This document shows positions 44,936-54,010 of a stretch of 64,000 nt of DNA, in pieces (position 1 is the first letter of the stretch; the number at the start of each line of letters is the position of its first letter). The notes beneath the pieces were generated by a model that was not told where the DNA came from, made no database searches, and saw nothing but the letters and a program-made list of their open reading frames with translations. Source of the DNA: an uncultured Elusimicrobia bacterium (GTDB lineage Bacteria > Elusimicrobiota > Elusimicrobia > UBA1565 > UBA9628); contig CAIKVT010000058.1 in NCBI GenBank assembly GCA_903830945.1, forward strand, positions 75,487 through 139,486. Reading direction: 5' to 3'. Made by a program: the position numbers and the translations under genes.

Positions 44936-45792
44936 TTCTGACCGCCCAACGGCTTGATGTCCGCCTTGTGGCGCAACTCCTGGAGATAGTCGGGCAGCAC
45001 AGCCTTCATCTTCTGTTCTAGGAGCAGGTCGCGCAGGTCCTCCTTGACGGACTGGTACTGCGCGGGTTGGGCGGGCTTTGTCCCCGAGACCTTGAGGACG
45101 AAGTATCCCTGCGGGGAAGAGACGGTGCGGATCTCGCCGTCCTTCATGGCGAAAACGATGGCGCCGATCTCCTCCGGCAGCATAGCGCGGGGCACAAAAC
45201 CGTAGTCCCCGCCGTACTGCCCAGTGGGGGCCAGGGACCTGGCGCGGGCCAGGGCCGCGAAGTCAGCCCCATCTTTGAGCTTGGCCGCCACATCCTTGGC
45301 CTCGGCCTCAGTCTTGACGAAGATCTGGTGCAGGTGTACGGTCGCGGGCGCGGCGAGTTTGGCGCGCTGCTCCTGGAAGGCCTTACGCGACTCCTCGTCA
45401 GTGACGGAGAGCTTGTGGGTTGAGACGATGAGCTTGCGCAGGCGGATCTGGTCCGCGATGTCGGCCCGGAGCTTACCTTCCGAGCTGCCGTCCCGCTTGA
45501 GCTGGTTCTCGAAGAGGGCGGGGTTGTTGAACTGCTCCTTGACCCGGCCGAAGCGCTTTTCGATCTCGGTCCCATCGGCCTTGATTCCTTGCGTCTGGAC
45601 GGTCTGGCGCAGGAGGAGCTCGTCTACCATCTCGTCGAGAGTCGCCGGACCGAAGCGTTTCCAGAGCCGATCCATGACCTCAGACTGCCGGATGACCGTC
45701 CCGTTGACCGAGACGATGTCCCTATCGGCTTCCGCCCACGCCGGAACCGAGAGCAGGCCGGCCACGGCGCAGATCCAGGCGAGGTTCTTCAT
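44932..45792 (-). CDS. secreted parvulin-type peptidyl-prolyl cis-trans isomerase (SurA/PrsA-like)
   Basis: AGGAGG RBS 5 nt before ATG 45792. Signal peptide (MKNLAWICAVAGLLSVPAWA). SurA N-domain and parvulin core (HLHQIFV...GGDYGFV...GYFVLKV). The 760-aa track ORF is a read-through artefact. Confidence 0.8.
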   Translation of the reverse strand: MKNLAWICAVAGLLSVPAWAEADRDIVSVNGTVIRQSEVMDRLWKRFGPATLDEMVDELLLRQTVQTQGIKADGTEIEKRFGRVKEQFNNPALFENQLKRDGSSEGKLRADIADQIRLRKLIVSTHKLSVTDEESRKAFQEQRAKLAAPATVHLHQIFVKTEAEAKDVAAKLKDGADFAALARARSLAPTGQYGGDYGFVPRAMLPEEIGAIVFAMKDGEIRTVSSPQGYFVLKVSGTKPAQPAQYQSVKEDLRDLLLEQKMKAVLPDYLQELRHKADIKPLGGQN

Positions 45793-45861
45793 TAGTCCTC
45801 CTAATAGAAAGGCAAATGATATAATAACCTGGGCGTTGTAAGGAAGCCCACGGCCCATTAT

Positions 45862-47247
45862 ATGGAAAAATCCTGGAAGACCATCATTGAGCCGTTCCGC
45901 ATCAAGACCGTGGAGCCGCTGGGCTTCACGACCGAGGCCGAGCGCGAAGCTATCCTGCGCGAAGCCTGCTATAACGTCTTCGCCATTCCGGCCGACAAAG
46001 TCCTCATCGATTTCCTCACGGACTCGGGGACCGGCGCCATGTCCGCGGAGCAATGGGCCGCGATCATGCGCGGCGACGAGTCCTACGCCGGGGCCCGCAG
46101 CTTCTTCGTTTTCGAGAAAGCCGTTCGCGCTCTGACCGGCTACCGCTACATCCTGCCCGTGCACCAGGGCCGCGCCGCGGAGCGCATCCTGATGGGCGTG
46201 ACCTGCGGACCGGGCAAGACCGTCTTGTCCAATTCCCATTTCGACACCACCCGCGCCAACGTCGAGGCTTCCGGCGCCGCGGCCTTGGACCTGCCCGTCC
46301 CCGAAGCCCTGGATTTCGACGTTTCCGGTCTCTTCAAGGGGGACATGGACGTGCGGGCCCTGGAGTCCAAGGTCCGCGAGATCGGTCCCGAGCACATCCC
46401 CATGGTCATCATGACTTTGACCAATAACTCCTTGGGGGGCCAGCCGGTCTCCATGCGCAACCTGCGCGAGGTCTCCCAGGTTTGCCGGAATTACCGCATT
46501 CCGCTCATCCTGGACGTGGCGCGCTTCGCTGAGAACGCCTTCTTCATCAAGCTGCGCGAGCCCGGCTACGCGAGCCGCTCGGCCGCCGACATCGCCCGGG
46601 AGATCTTCTCCCATGCTCAGGGCTGCATGATGAGCGCCAAGAAGGACGCCCTGGTCAACATCGGGGGATTCCTGGCTTTGAATGATCCCGAGTGGGTGGC
46701 CCGCTGCCGCGAGGCGCTCATCCTCACCGAGGGCTTCCCGACCTACGGCGGCTTGGCGGGCCGAGACCTCGAGGCCATGGCCCAGGGCCTCGTCGAGGTC
46801 CTCGATGAGCAGTATCTGGCCTATCGCCTGCGCTCCGTGGAGTACCTGGGAGATGGTCTGCGTCGCCTGGGCGTCCCCATCGTCGAGCCTCCCGGCGGGC
46901 ATGCCGTTTACATAAACGCCAAGAAGTTCCTGCCGCACATCCCGCCTTCCGGCTATCCCGGACAGGCTTTGGTCTGCGAGCTCTACCGGGCTGCCGGCAT
47001 CCGTTCTGTGGAGATCGGCTCGCTCATGTTTGGCCGCCGGCAGGATGGGGCTTTCGTGCCGGCCCCTATGGAGCTGGTGCGCCTGGCCATACCGCGTCGG
47101 GTCTATACCCAGAGCCACATCGATTTCGTCATCGAGGTATTCGCGGACATCGCCCGGCGCGCCCCGACCTTGCGGGCCTTGCGCCTGTTGGAGAGTCCGT
47201 CGCGCCTGGCCCACTTCACCGCGAAACTCATGCCGGAGCCCGTCTGA
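45862..47247 (+). CDS. tnaA: tryptophanase / tyrosine phenol-lyase family beta-eliminating PLP lyase
   Basis: 461 aa, with the PLP-lysine region SAKKDALVNIGG. Confidence 0.85.
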   Translation: MEKSWKTIIEPFRIKTVEPLGFTTEAEREAILREACYNVFAIPADKVLIDFLTDSGTGAMSAEQWAAIMRGDESYAGARSFFVFEKAVRALTGYRYILPVHQGRAAERILMGVTCGPGKTVLSNSHFDTTRANVEASGAAALDLPVPEALDFDVSGLFKGDMDVRALESKVREIGPEHIPMVIMTLTNNSLGGQPVSMRNLREVSQVCRNYRIPLILDVARFAENAFFIKLREPGYASRSAADIAREIFSHAQGCMMSAKKDALVNIGGFLALNDPEWVARCREALILTEGFPTYGGLAGRDLEAMAQGLVEVLDEQYLAYRLRSVEYLGDGLRRLGVPIVEPPGGHAVYINAKKFLPHIPPSGYPGQALVCELYRAAGIRSVEIGSLMFGRRQDGAFVPAPMELVRLAIPRRVYTQSHIDFVIEVFADIARRAPTLRALRLLESPSRLAHFTAKLMPEPV

Positions 47248-49433
47248 TGGCCGAGGACCGTGGGTTCATTCTTCTGATCACTGCTGACCGGGCGCTCTAT
47301 CAGGATATGGCGCCTGCCGCTGCGAGTCGGGGGCTGAAACTCGTCGCGGTCGCGACTGTGCCTGAGGCTGCGGCGCAGTTGACCTCTGCCGCTGGTGCGA
47401 TCGCGGCCCTGGTCGTGGATTTCGGTCGAGTGCCGGTCAGCGAGCGTGAGGCTCTGTTGGCCTTGCGCCAACAGGCCCCGCAAGTTCCGTTCGTGTTTTT
47501 GGAGACCAACGCCAGCATCGCTCCGGATATGTCGGCGCCGCTGAGGCGCCTGCCCTGGCCCCTGCCTGTTGGCTTCGCGGACCAGGTCCGGGCCACGGAC
47601 CGGCCTGTGGTCATGCTCACCGACAAGACTCTTTTCTCAACCGCCGCCTTACCCCTGGCCTTGCAGCAGGCCGGGGTCCAGATTGTGTCGCTGGAATCGA
47701 CCACTGGATTAGTCGAATTCATGCATGAGCAGCAGCAGGCGCGCGCGCCCAGGCCCAAGCCGATCGGCTTGAAGCGCTTCTGGAGTCGCCTGAGCGGCGG
47801 CGAGGAGGTTGAGCCGATGCAGGTGCTGGGACGCATCGTGGTGGCGATGTTCTCCGGATCCATGGCGGACGCCGAAGGGCTGGACCGGCGCATCCGCGAA
47901 GTGGTCTCGGAGGCGGTCTGCTACCACATCTCCAGCTTGGATGCGGGCCGCGCCGCTTCCGTCGCGCTCAAGGAGAGGCAGCTCGTTTCGCTGTTGCGCG
48001 AGCAGGCGGGGCGCCTTCCGGAATATCTGACCACCAGCGGTGAGAACGATAAGACCCAGTCCCGGGGCGGCGGCCGCATCCTTCTGGTGGACAACTTCAA
48101 GCCTACCTTGGCCGCCCTGGGCCAGGCCCTTATGGGCGCGGGTTATGAGGTCTTTACGGCGGAGAGCGGCGATGAGGTCCTGCAGCAATTTCAGGCCGGC
48201 GCCTATCACCTGGCTGTCATCGGTACGGCCATCGCCTACGCCCAGCATCCCGGAGCGGAGTTCGCCCAGAAGCTGCGCGAGCGCGACCGGGACCTGCGCA
48301 TCATTTTCATGGTGGACCGCTACCCCATGCAGGCGGCGCTTCAAGGGGTGAGTCAGGTCGTGGAGTTGGGCCTCGATGATGCCTTGCTCAAGCCCGTCGA
48401 ATCCTCGCGCCTCATCTTCTCGGTGCAGCGGGCACTGGAGCGGCGCTTTTTGCTCCTGGAGAACACCCGGCTTTTGAAGGAGATTCAGGAGTCTAACCGC
48501 CAGCTCGCGCAGCTTAATGAGTTTCAGAAGAAGTTCTTTGCCATGGTCGCCCATGACATCAAGAACCCCCTGACTGCTATCATGGGCTATTCCGAGGTCC
48601 TGGGTATGCGCCTGAAATCCAGCCCCGGCGAGCTCAAGTACACTTCGCACATCCATTCTGCGGCCAAGACCCTCAATACCTTGATCTCGGACCTCGTGGA
48701 CTTGGCTGCCATCGAGTCGGGCAAGCTGCGCGTGGAGATCGGCCCCCTCGACTTGCTGGCCGTTATCACCGAGGTCCGTGTGCGCATCGAGATCGTGGCG
48801 GGTAAGCGTAAGATCAACTTCACAGTGGAGACGCCCGTCGATCTTCCGCTTTTGGCAGGGGACCCGGCCCGACTGGGGCAGGTCATCCAGAACCTTTGCA
48901 CCAACGCCATCCAATACACCAAGGAGGGCGGCAAGGTCATCGTGCGCGTAGAAGCCTTCCCCGGGAAGGTCGTGGTCAGTGTCCTCGACACGGGCATCGG
49001 CATCGCGGCGGAGGATCTGCCGCGTATCTGGGAGCGCTACTTCCAGACCGAGGAAGCCAAGAATATGCGCAGGGCCGGCTTCGGCCTGGGACTTAAGATC
49101 GCGCGCGAGGTCGTGCAAATGCATGGCGGCGAGATGGGCATCGAGTCGCAGGTGGGCGTGGGCTCGAGGTTCTTCTTCTCCCTGCCTGTGCCGACGGTGC
49201 CTATGGCCGCGGTTCCCGCGGCCTCACCCAAGCCGTTGTCGTCGTTGACGGGGCCTCTTCGCTCCATACCTGAGCCAATGCCGACTGGCGCTCTTCCAAC
49301 TGCGCCGGACCGTCAGGGCGGCGGCGTTGCCGCACCGCCGCCGACGCTGCGACCCGCGTCGCCGCCGGCCGCGCCGTCCGGAGGCACGGGCATGCTTCCG
49401 CCGCTGACGGATCCTCCGGAAAGAGAGATGTAG
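47247..49433 (+). CDS. hybrid sensor histidine kinase (N-terminal receiver-like domains, HisKA, HATPase_c)
   Basis: H-box FFAMVAHDIKNPL, N-box QVIQNLCTNAIQYT, G-boxes DTGIGI, GFGLGL. Two or three receiver-fold units upstream. TGATG overlap with tnaA. Confidence 0.8.
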   Translation: MAEDRGFILLITADRALYQDMAPAAASRGLKLVAVATVPEAAAQLTSAAGAIAALVVDFGRVPVSEREALLALRQQAPQVPFVFLETNASIAPDMSAPLRRLPWPLPVGFADQVRATDRPVVMLTDKTLFSTAALPLALQQAGVQIVSLESTTGLVEFMHEQQQARAPRPKPIGLKRFWSRLSGGEEVEPMQVLGRIVVAMFSGSMADAEGLDRRIREVVSEAVCYHISSLDAGRAASVALKERQLVSLLREQAGRLPEYLTTSGENDKTQSRGGGRILLVDNFKPTLAALGQALMGAGYEVFTAESGDEVLQQFQAGAYHLAVIGTAIAYAQHPGAEFAQKLRERDRDLRIIFMVDRYPMQAALQGVSQVVELGLDDALLKPVESSRLIFSVQRALERRFLLLENTRLLKEIQESNRQLAQLNEFQKKFFAMVAHDIKNPLTAIMGYSEVLGMRLKSSPGELKYTSHIHSAAKTLNTLISDLVDLAAIESGKLRVEIGPLDLLAVITEVRVRIEIVAGKRKINFTVETPVDLPLLAGDPARLGQVIQNLCTNAIQYTKEGGKVIVRVEAFPGKVVVSVLDTGIGIAAEDLPRIWERYFQTEEAKNMRRAGFGLGLKIAREVVQMHGGEMGIESQVGVGSRFFFSLPVPTVPMAAVPAASPKPLSSLTGPLRSIPEPMPTGALPTAPDRQGGGVAAPPPTLRPASPPAAPSGGTGMLPPLTDPPEREM

Positions 49434-49476
49434 CTCAGCCCGGTCGTAGGGCTCCTACCACGGCGCTGGCCGCGAC

Positions 49477-51528
49477 ATGACGAAACAAGACATCGCGCTT
49501 TTGAGAGGCAGCCTGCCGTTTGGTGCTCTTTTGACCGGCGAGGCGCAGCTCGTCGTCTATTCCTACGACGGGGCATCCGCGCGCGGCCGGCCCGAGGCCG
49601 TGGCCCTGCCGGGCAGTGCCGACGAGGTCCGTCGGACCGTGGCGCTTTGCTGCCAGCGACGAATCCCATACGTGGCGAGGGGCGCGGGAACCAACCTCTC
49701 CGGCGGCAGCGTGCCTCTCCGCGGCGGCGTGGTCATTTCCTTGGCGCGCCTCAACCGCATCCTGGCGGTGGACACCGCGACTTTGATGGCGGTGGTGGAG
49801 CCGGGCGTGGTCAACCTCAAACTCCAGGAGGAGCTTGAGCGCACCGGCCATTATTACGCCCCGGACCCGTCGAGCTTCCGCGTCTCCACCATCGGCGGAA
49901 ATATCGCGGAGAATGCCGGCGGGCCGCGCTGCCTCAAGTACGGCGTTACGACCGATCACGTGCTGGCCCTGGAGGCGGTGATGCCGGACGGGACGCTTGA
50001 GCGCTTCTCGGGCGAGGATGCCGGACCGGAGCTCATGAGCCTGATGGTCGGCTCGGAGGGGACGCTGGGCGTGGTCATCAAGGCCTGGCTGCGCATCCTG
50101 CCGCAGCCTGCGGCCGTGCGCACGGTGCTGGCGGGATTTCCTTCGGTTGAGGCCGCGGTACGCTGCGTCTCGGCTGTCATTGCGGCCGGGGTCGTGCCCC
50201 GGGCGCTGGAAGCCCTGGACCGCGTCACGGTGGAGACCGTGGAGGCCTATCGCCGAGCCGGTTATCCGGCCACCGAGGCGGTCCTCTTGATCGAGATGGA
50301 CGGCACTCTCGAATCGGTCGCGCGTGAGACGGCGGCGGTGGAGAGGCTGGTCAGCGAGCACGGAGCCTCAGAGGTACGCTTGGCGCAGCGGGCCGAGGAC
50401 CGTGAGCGGCTATGGGAGGGTCGTCGCGGCGCCTACGCGGCCTGCGCGCGCCTGGCGCCCAACGTCCTGGTCGAGGACGGCGTGGTGCCGCGCGACCGTC
50501 TGCCTGAGGCGGTGCGCCGCATCCGGGAGATTTCGGCGCGCCACGGGATCAAGCCGGCTCTGCTCTTCCATGCGGGCGACGGCAACATCCACCCGAATAT
50601 CTCCTACGACGAGCGCGACCTCGAGGAGACCGGGCGGGTCAAGGCCGCGGGCCAGGATATCCTGCGCGCCTGCGTGGAGCTGGGCGGGTCGCTTTCCGGC
50701 GAGCACGGCATAGGCACGGAGAAGCGCGAGGCCATGCGCTGGCTCCATTCGATTAGGGTTTTGAGGCTCTTTCGGGACCTCAAGGGAGCCTTCGATCCGG
50801 TCGGACTGGCCAACCCGGACAAGATGTTCCCGGATGAGGGTGGGGGGGCCGAGGACGGCCTCGTGAGGCCCGAGCGGCCTTTGAGCGCCCAGGCTAGGCT
50901 CCTGGTCGAGAAGGTCAAGGCCTATGCCGGTCAGAGAAGGCCTATGGTGGTGGTGGGTAGCGGTTCGCGTTGGAAGGGGGTGCCGCCGGACTGCGCGGAG
51001 CTGCTGACCACGGGCATGAACGCGATACTCGATTGGGACAAGGGCAACTTCACCATAACGGTGGAGGCCGGGGTCTTGGCCCGGTCTCTGCGTACGGAGC
51101 TCGCCAGCCAGGGTTTCTACCTGCGCTGGCCCGACCTGGGAGGGACCTTGGGCGGGATATTGGCGAGCAAGGCCTGGTCGGGCCTGCGTCAGGATGTACT
51201 GGGCCTGAGGCTTATCCTGCCCGACGGCGCGGTGGCGGACCTGGGCGGCAAGGTGGTCAAGAACGTGGCGGGCTACGATTTGCCGCGCCTGGTGCTGGGT
51301 TCCTGGGGCACACTGGGCGTCATTGCGGATGTGACCTTCAGGCTCCATTCCTCGGCGAGGGACATCCCCGCCTGTGGCGAGCCCAAGCCTTTCGCGGCTG
51401 GGATCTGGCAGAAGCGCGTCAAACAGGTTTTTGACCCCGGGAATCTCATGAACCCCTGGTTCCATCCGACGGGCTTAAGCCCGTCATCTCCGAAGGGCAG
51501 CCGTCCTCCTTTTCCGGAGCGGGCATGA
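49477..51528 (+). CDS. glcD: FAD-linked oxidase, fused GlcD-GlcE-like glycolate oxidase subunits
   Basis: Two FAD-binding PCMH-type domains (GAGTNLSGGSVP..., second at 50880-51400). Confidence 0.8.
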   Translation: MTKQDIALLRGSLPFGALLTGEAQLVVYSYDGASARGRPEAVALPGSADEVRRTVALCCQRRIPYVARGAGTNLSGGSVPLRGGVVISLARLNRILAVDTATLMAVVEPGVVNLKLQEELERTGHYYAPDPSSFRVSTIGGNIAENAGGPRCLKYGVTTDHVLALEAVMPDGTLERFSGEDAGPELMSLMVGSEGTLGVVIKAWLRILPQPAAVRTVLAGFPSVEAAVRCVSAVIAAGVVPRALEALDRVTVETVEAYRRAGYPATEAVLLIEMDGTLESVARETAAVERLVSEHGASEVRLAQRAEDRERLWEGRRGAYAACARLAPNVLVEDGVVPRDRLPEAVRRIREISARHGIKPALLFHAGDGNIHPNISYDERDLEETGRVKAAGQDILRACVELGGSLSGEHGIGTEKREAMRWLHSIRVLRLFRDLKGAFDPVGLANPDKMFPDEGGGAEDGLVRPERPLSAQARLLVEKVKAYAGQRRPMVVVGSGSRWKGVPPDCAELLTTGMNAILDWDKGNFTITVEAGVLARSLRTELASQGFYLRWPDLGGTLGGILASKAWSGLRQDVLGLRLILPDGAVADLGGKVVKNVAGYDLPRLVLGSWGTLGVIADVTFRLHSSARDIPACGEPKPFAAGIWQKRVKQVFDPGNLMNPWFHPTGLSPSSPKGSRPPFPERA

Positions 51529-52835
51529 GCCTGCAACTGTCGCGTCTGCTCACCGACCTGGGCGAGAAATCGTCCTACGACGCGGCCAGCCAGTGCTGCC
51601 GCTGCGGCTACTGCGAAGCTGCCTGCCCTACATACGTGGTCACGGGCGACGAGACCTGCTCCGCACGCGGCCGCAACCAGCTGGTACGCTCGCTCATCGA
51701 ACATAAGCTTTACGAGCCGGCCAGCGCTCACGACGCCCTGCATACCTGCCTCCTCTGCGGGGCCTGCACTGCGGCATGCTATGCTCGTGTGGCGACCGCG
51801 GATATCGTTCTGGAGGGCCGGCGCATGCTCGACGCCAAGACTCACTGGCTGGCGCATCTTCTGAGCCGGCTCATGGCCGAGCATCGTGGCTGGCTGGCCT
51901 TCATGCTCAAGGCGGTGAACGTCGCCAAGCGTCTGGGCCTGACGACATTGGCCCGGCCTATCCTGCGCGTTATTGGGCTGCCTGGTTTGGCCTTGGCTGA
52001 GGAGCACGTGCAGGAGGCTCCCTTGACCTTCCTCTATGAGGTTCTGCGCCGGCGGCCTTGGGCCGCGCAGCCGCATTGGCTTTACTTCGCCCCTTGCGGC
52101 CCCAATTTCCTCTATCCGCGCGTAGGCAAAGCCACGGTGGCCGTGCTGGAGGCCTTGCGCGGCGGCGGCAATTTTTTGGACAACGATTGCTGCGGCCTGC
52201 TCGCCTACAACTACGGCGATGTGGATGACGCGCGGGTTTTGGCGCGGCGCAACATCGCGCGCTTCGAGGCTGCGGGCGGGACGGGCCCCTTGGTGGGGGA
52301 CTGTTCCTCCTGCGTGGCTTTCCTTAAATCCTATCCTCAACTCTTCCTCTCCGAGCCGGACTGGAAGATGCGCGCCGAGCGCTTTGCTGCGGTCGTGCGG
52401 GACGTCCCTGAGGTGCTGTCAGACGCGTCTTTGCCGGAGGCGGATCTGCCGACGACGACTTATCATGATTCCTGTCGAGCCTGCCACGGCCAAGGATTGA
52501 AGGAAGGTGCGCACACCGCTATACGGCGTCTGGCCGGCGCGTCTTATCGGGAACTGCCGGAGTCGGACATGTGTTGCGGTGGGGCTGGGGCCTACGCTTT
52601 CCGCAATCCGGGGATCTCGGATGACCTCATCAAGCGCAAGGTCGGGCGCATCGCCGCGACCGGGGCTCGGCTGGTGGCGACCAGCGGAACCTCATGCCTC
52701 ATCCAGCTTGCCCAGGGCTTGAAGAAATACTATCCTGAATGCGAAGTACTTCATCTCTCCGAATTAGCCGCGCGGGCCGTCGCGTCAGGGCGCGCCGTCC
52801 AAGGAGCCAAGGATGGGACGCAGGCAGGAGCTTGA
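51525..52835 (+). CDS. glcF: glycolate oxidase Fe-S subunit GlcF-like (2 x 4Fe-4S ferredoxin motifs + CCG domains)
   Basis: CCRCGYCEAACP and CLLCGACTAACYA cluster motifs. Cys-rich CCG repeats (DSCRAC, CCGGAG). Confidence 0.8.
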   Translation: MSLQLSRLLTDLGEKSSYDAASQCCRCGYCEAACPTYVVTGDETCSARGRNQLVRSLIEHKLYEPASAHDALHTCLLCGACTAACYARVATADIVLEGRRMLDAKTHWLAHLLSRLMAEHRGWLAFMLKAVNVAKRLGLTTLARPILRVIGLPGLALAEEHVQEAPLTFLYEVLRRRPWAAQPHWLYFAPCGPNFLYPRVGKATVAVLEALRGGGNFLDNDCCGLLAYNYGDVDDARVLARRNIARFEAAGGTGPLVGDCSSCVAFLKSYPQLFLSEPDWKMRAERFAAVVRDVPEVLSDASLPEADLPTTTYHDSCRACHGQGLKEGAHTAIRRLAGASYRELPESDMCCGGAGAYAFRNPGISDDLIKRKVGRIAATGARLVATSGTSCLIQLAQGLKKYYPECEVLHLSELAARAVASGRAVQGAKDGTQAGA

Positions 52836-53994
52836 GAAAAGGCAGACCTTGCTCTCGCGCTTCGGCCGCCTCATCGCGACCGAGAGCCGGCTCGAATCGC
52901 TGCTGACCATCATCGCGGAAGAAGTCCGCAATATCCTCGACGCGGACCGCTGTTCGGTCTTCCTGGTGGACGCCTACAAGGGCGAGTTGTGGACCAAGAT
53001 CGCTCTGGGTATGGAGGAGAAGATCCTGCGCATGCCTCTGGGACAGGGTATCGCGGGCTTCGTGGCCAGGACCGGCAGCGCCGTCAACATCCGCGAGGCC
53101 TACCGCGACACGCGTTTCACTCAGGACCTCGACCGCATCACCGGTTACCAGACCCGCACCGTGCTGGCCGTGCCGCTCAAGGGCCGCGACGGCCAGGTCC
53201 TGGGCGTCTTCGAGGTTCTTAACAAGAGCAAGGGCTCCTTTACTGATGAGGATGAGGGACTGCTGCGTGTTCTGGGCACCATGGCCGCCTCATTCATCGA
53301 GAACGCCAGTCTCTACGACGACCTGCGCCGCTCGCACCTGGAGACCATCTACCGCATGGCTCTGGTCGCTGAGTTCCGCGACCAGAAGGACACCGGCAAG
53401 CATCTGCGCCGAATGAGTCGCCTTTCCGGGATACTGGCCTCGGCCATGGGCATGAGCTACCAGGAATCCGAGGATATCCGCTATGCCAGCCCTCTGCACG
53501 ACATCGGTAAGGTGGCCATCCCGGACGTCATCCTGCGCAAGCCGGAGAAGCTCAGCGTCGAGGAATATGAGGAGATGAAGCGGCACACCATCTACGGCAG
53601 CCAGATGCTCATCAACGCGGAGAGCCGTCTTCTGCGCCTGGCGGCGCTCATCGCCATCGCCCACCATGAGAGCTACGACGGCACGGGTTATCCTTATGGG
53701 CTTAAGGGTGAGGCCATCCCCATCGAGGCGCGCATCGTCTCGGTGGCGGACGTCTTCGACGCCCTGATCTCCAAACGGGTCTATAAGGGGGCTTGGACCC
53801 TCGAAGATGCTTTGGCTCATATCAAATCTCTCAGCGGCAAGCAGTTCGACGGGGCCGTAGTTGAGCGCTTGGAGCAGTGCTTCGATGACGTTGTCGCGGC
53901 CCTGGAGGAGGAGGACCGCCGCTCTGCCGTCGAGGAGGCCGTCCTGCTCTTCCAGCCGACCGGCCAGAGCGTGAACCGGCCTGCCCAAGCCTGA
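52813..53994 (+). CDS. GAF + HD-GYP domain protein (putative c-di-GMP phosphodiesterase)
   Basis: AGGAG RBS. GAF region (RCSVFLVD...) then HD-GYP (HDIGKVAIPD...HHESYDGTGYPYGL). Confidence 0.8.
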   Translation: MGRRQELEKRQTLLSRFGRLIATESRLESLLTIIAEEVRNILDADRCSVFLVDAYKGELWTKIALGMEEKILRMPLGQGIAGFVARTGSAVNIREAYRDTRFTQDLDRITGYQTRTVLAVPLKGRDGQVLGVFEVLNKSKGSFTDEDEGLLRVLGTMAASFIENASLYDDLRRSHLETIYRMALVAEFRDQKDTGKHLRRMSRLSGILASAMGMSYQESEDIRYASPLHDIGKVAIPDVILRKPEKLSVEEYEEMKRHTIYGSQMLINAESRLLRLAALIAIAHHESYDGTGYPYGLKGEAIPIEARIVSVADVFDALISKRVYKGAWTLEDALAHIKSLSGKQFDGAVVERLEQCFDDVVAALEEEDRRSAVEEAVLLFQPTGQSVNRPAQA

Positions 53995-54007
53995 GCGGGC
54001 CGGTTTT
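53975..54007. terminator. weak candidate bidirectional terminator between convergent genes (stem ACCGGCC/GGCCGGT, 16-nt loop, TTTT)
   Basis: Read directly. The loop is large, so this is low confidence. Confidence 0.25.
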
Positions 54008-54010
54008 ACT

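Noticed and set aside
44932-47214. 760-aa minus-strand ORF spanning the whole tnaA region
   Set aside because: Only the last 286 aa (from MKNLAW..., ATG 45792, preceded by AGGAGG) form a coherent signal-peptide + parvulin PPIase. The upstream 474 aa are Gly/Arg/Asp-rich antisense translation of the tryptophanase gene, a typical high-GC artefact.
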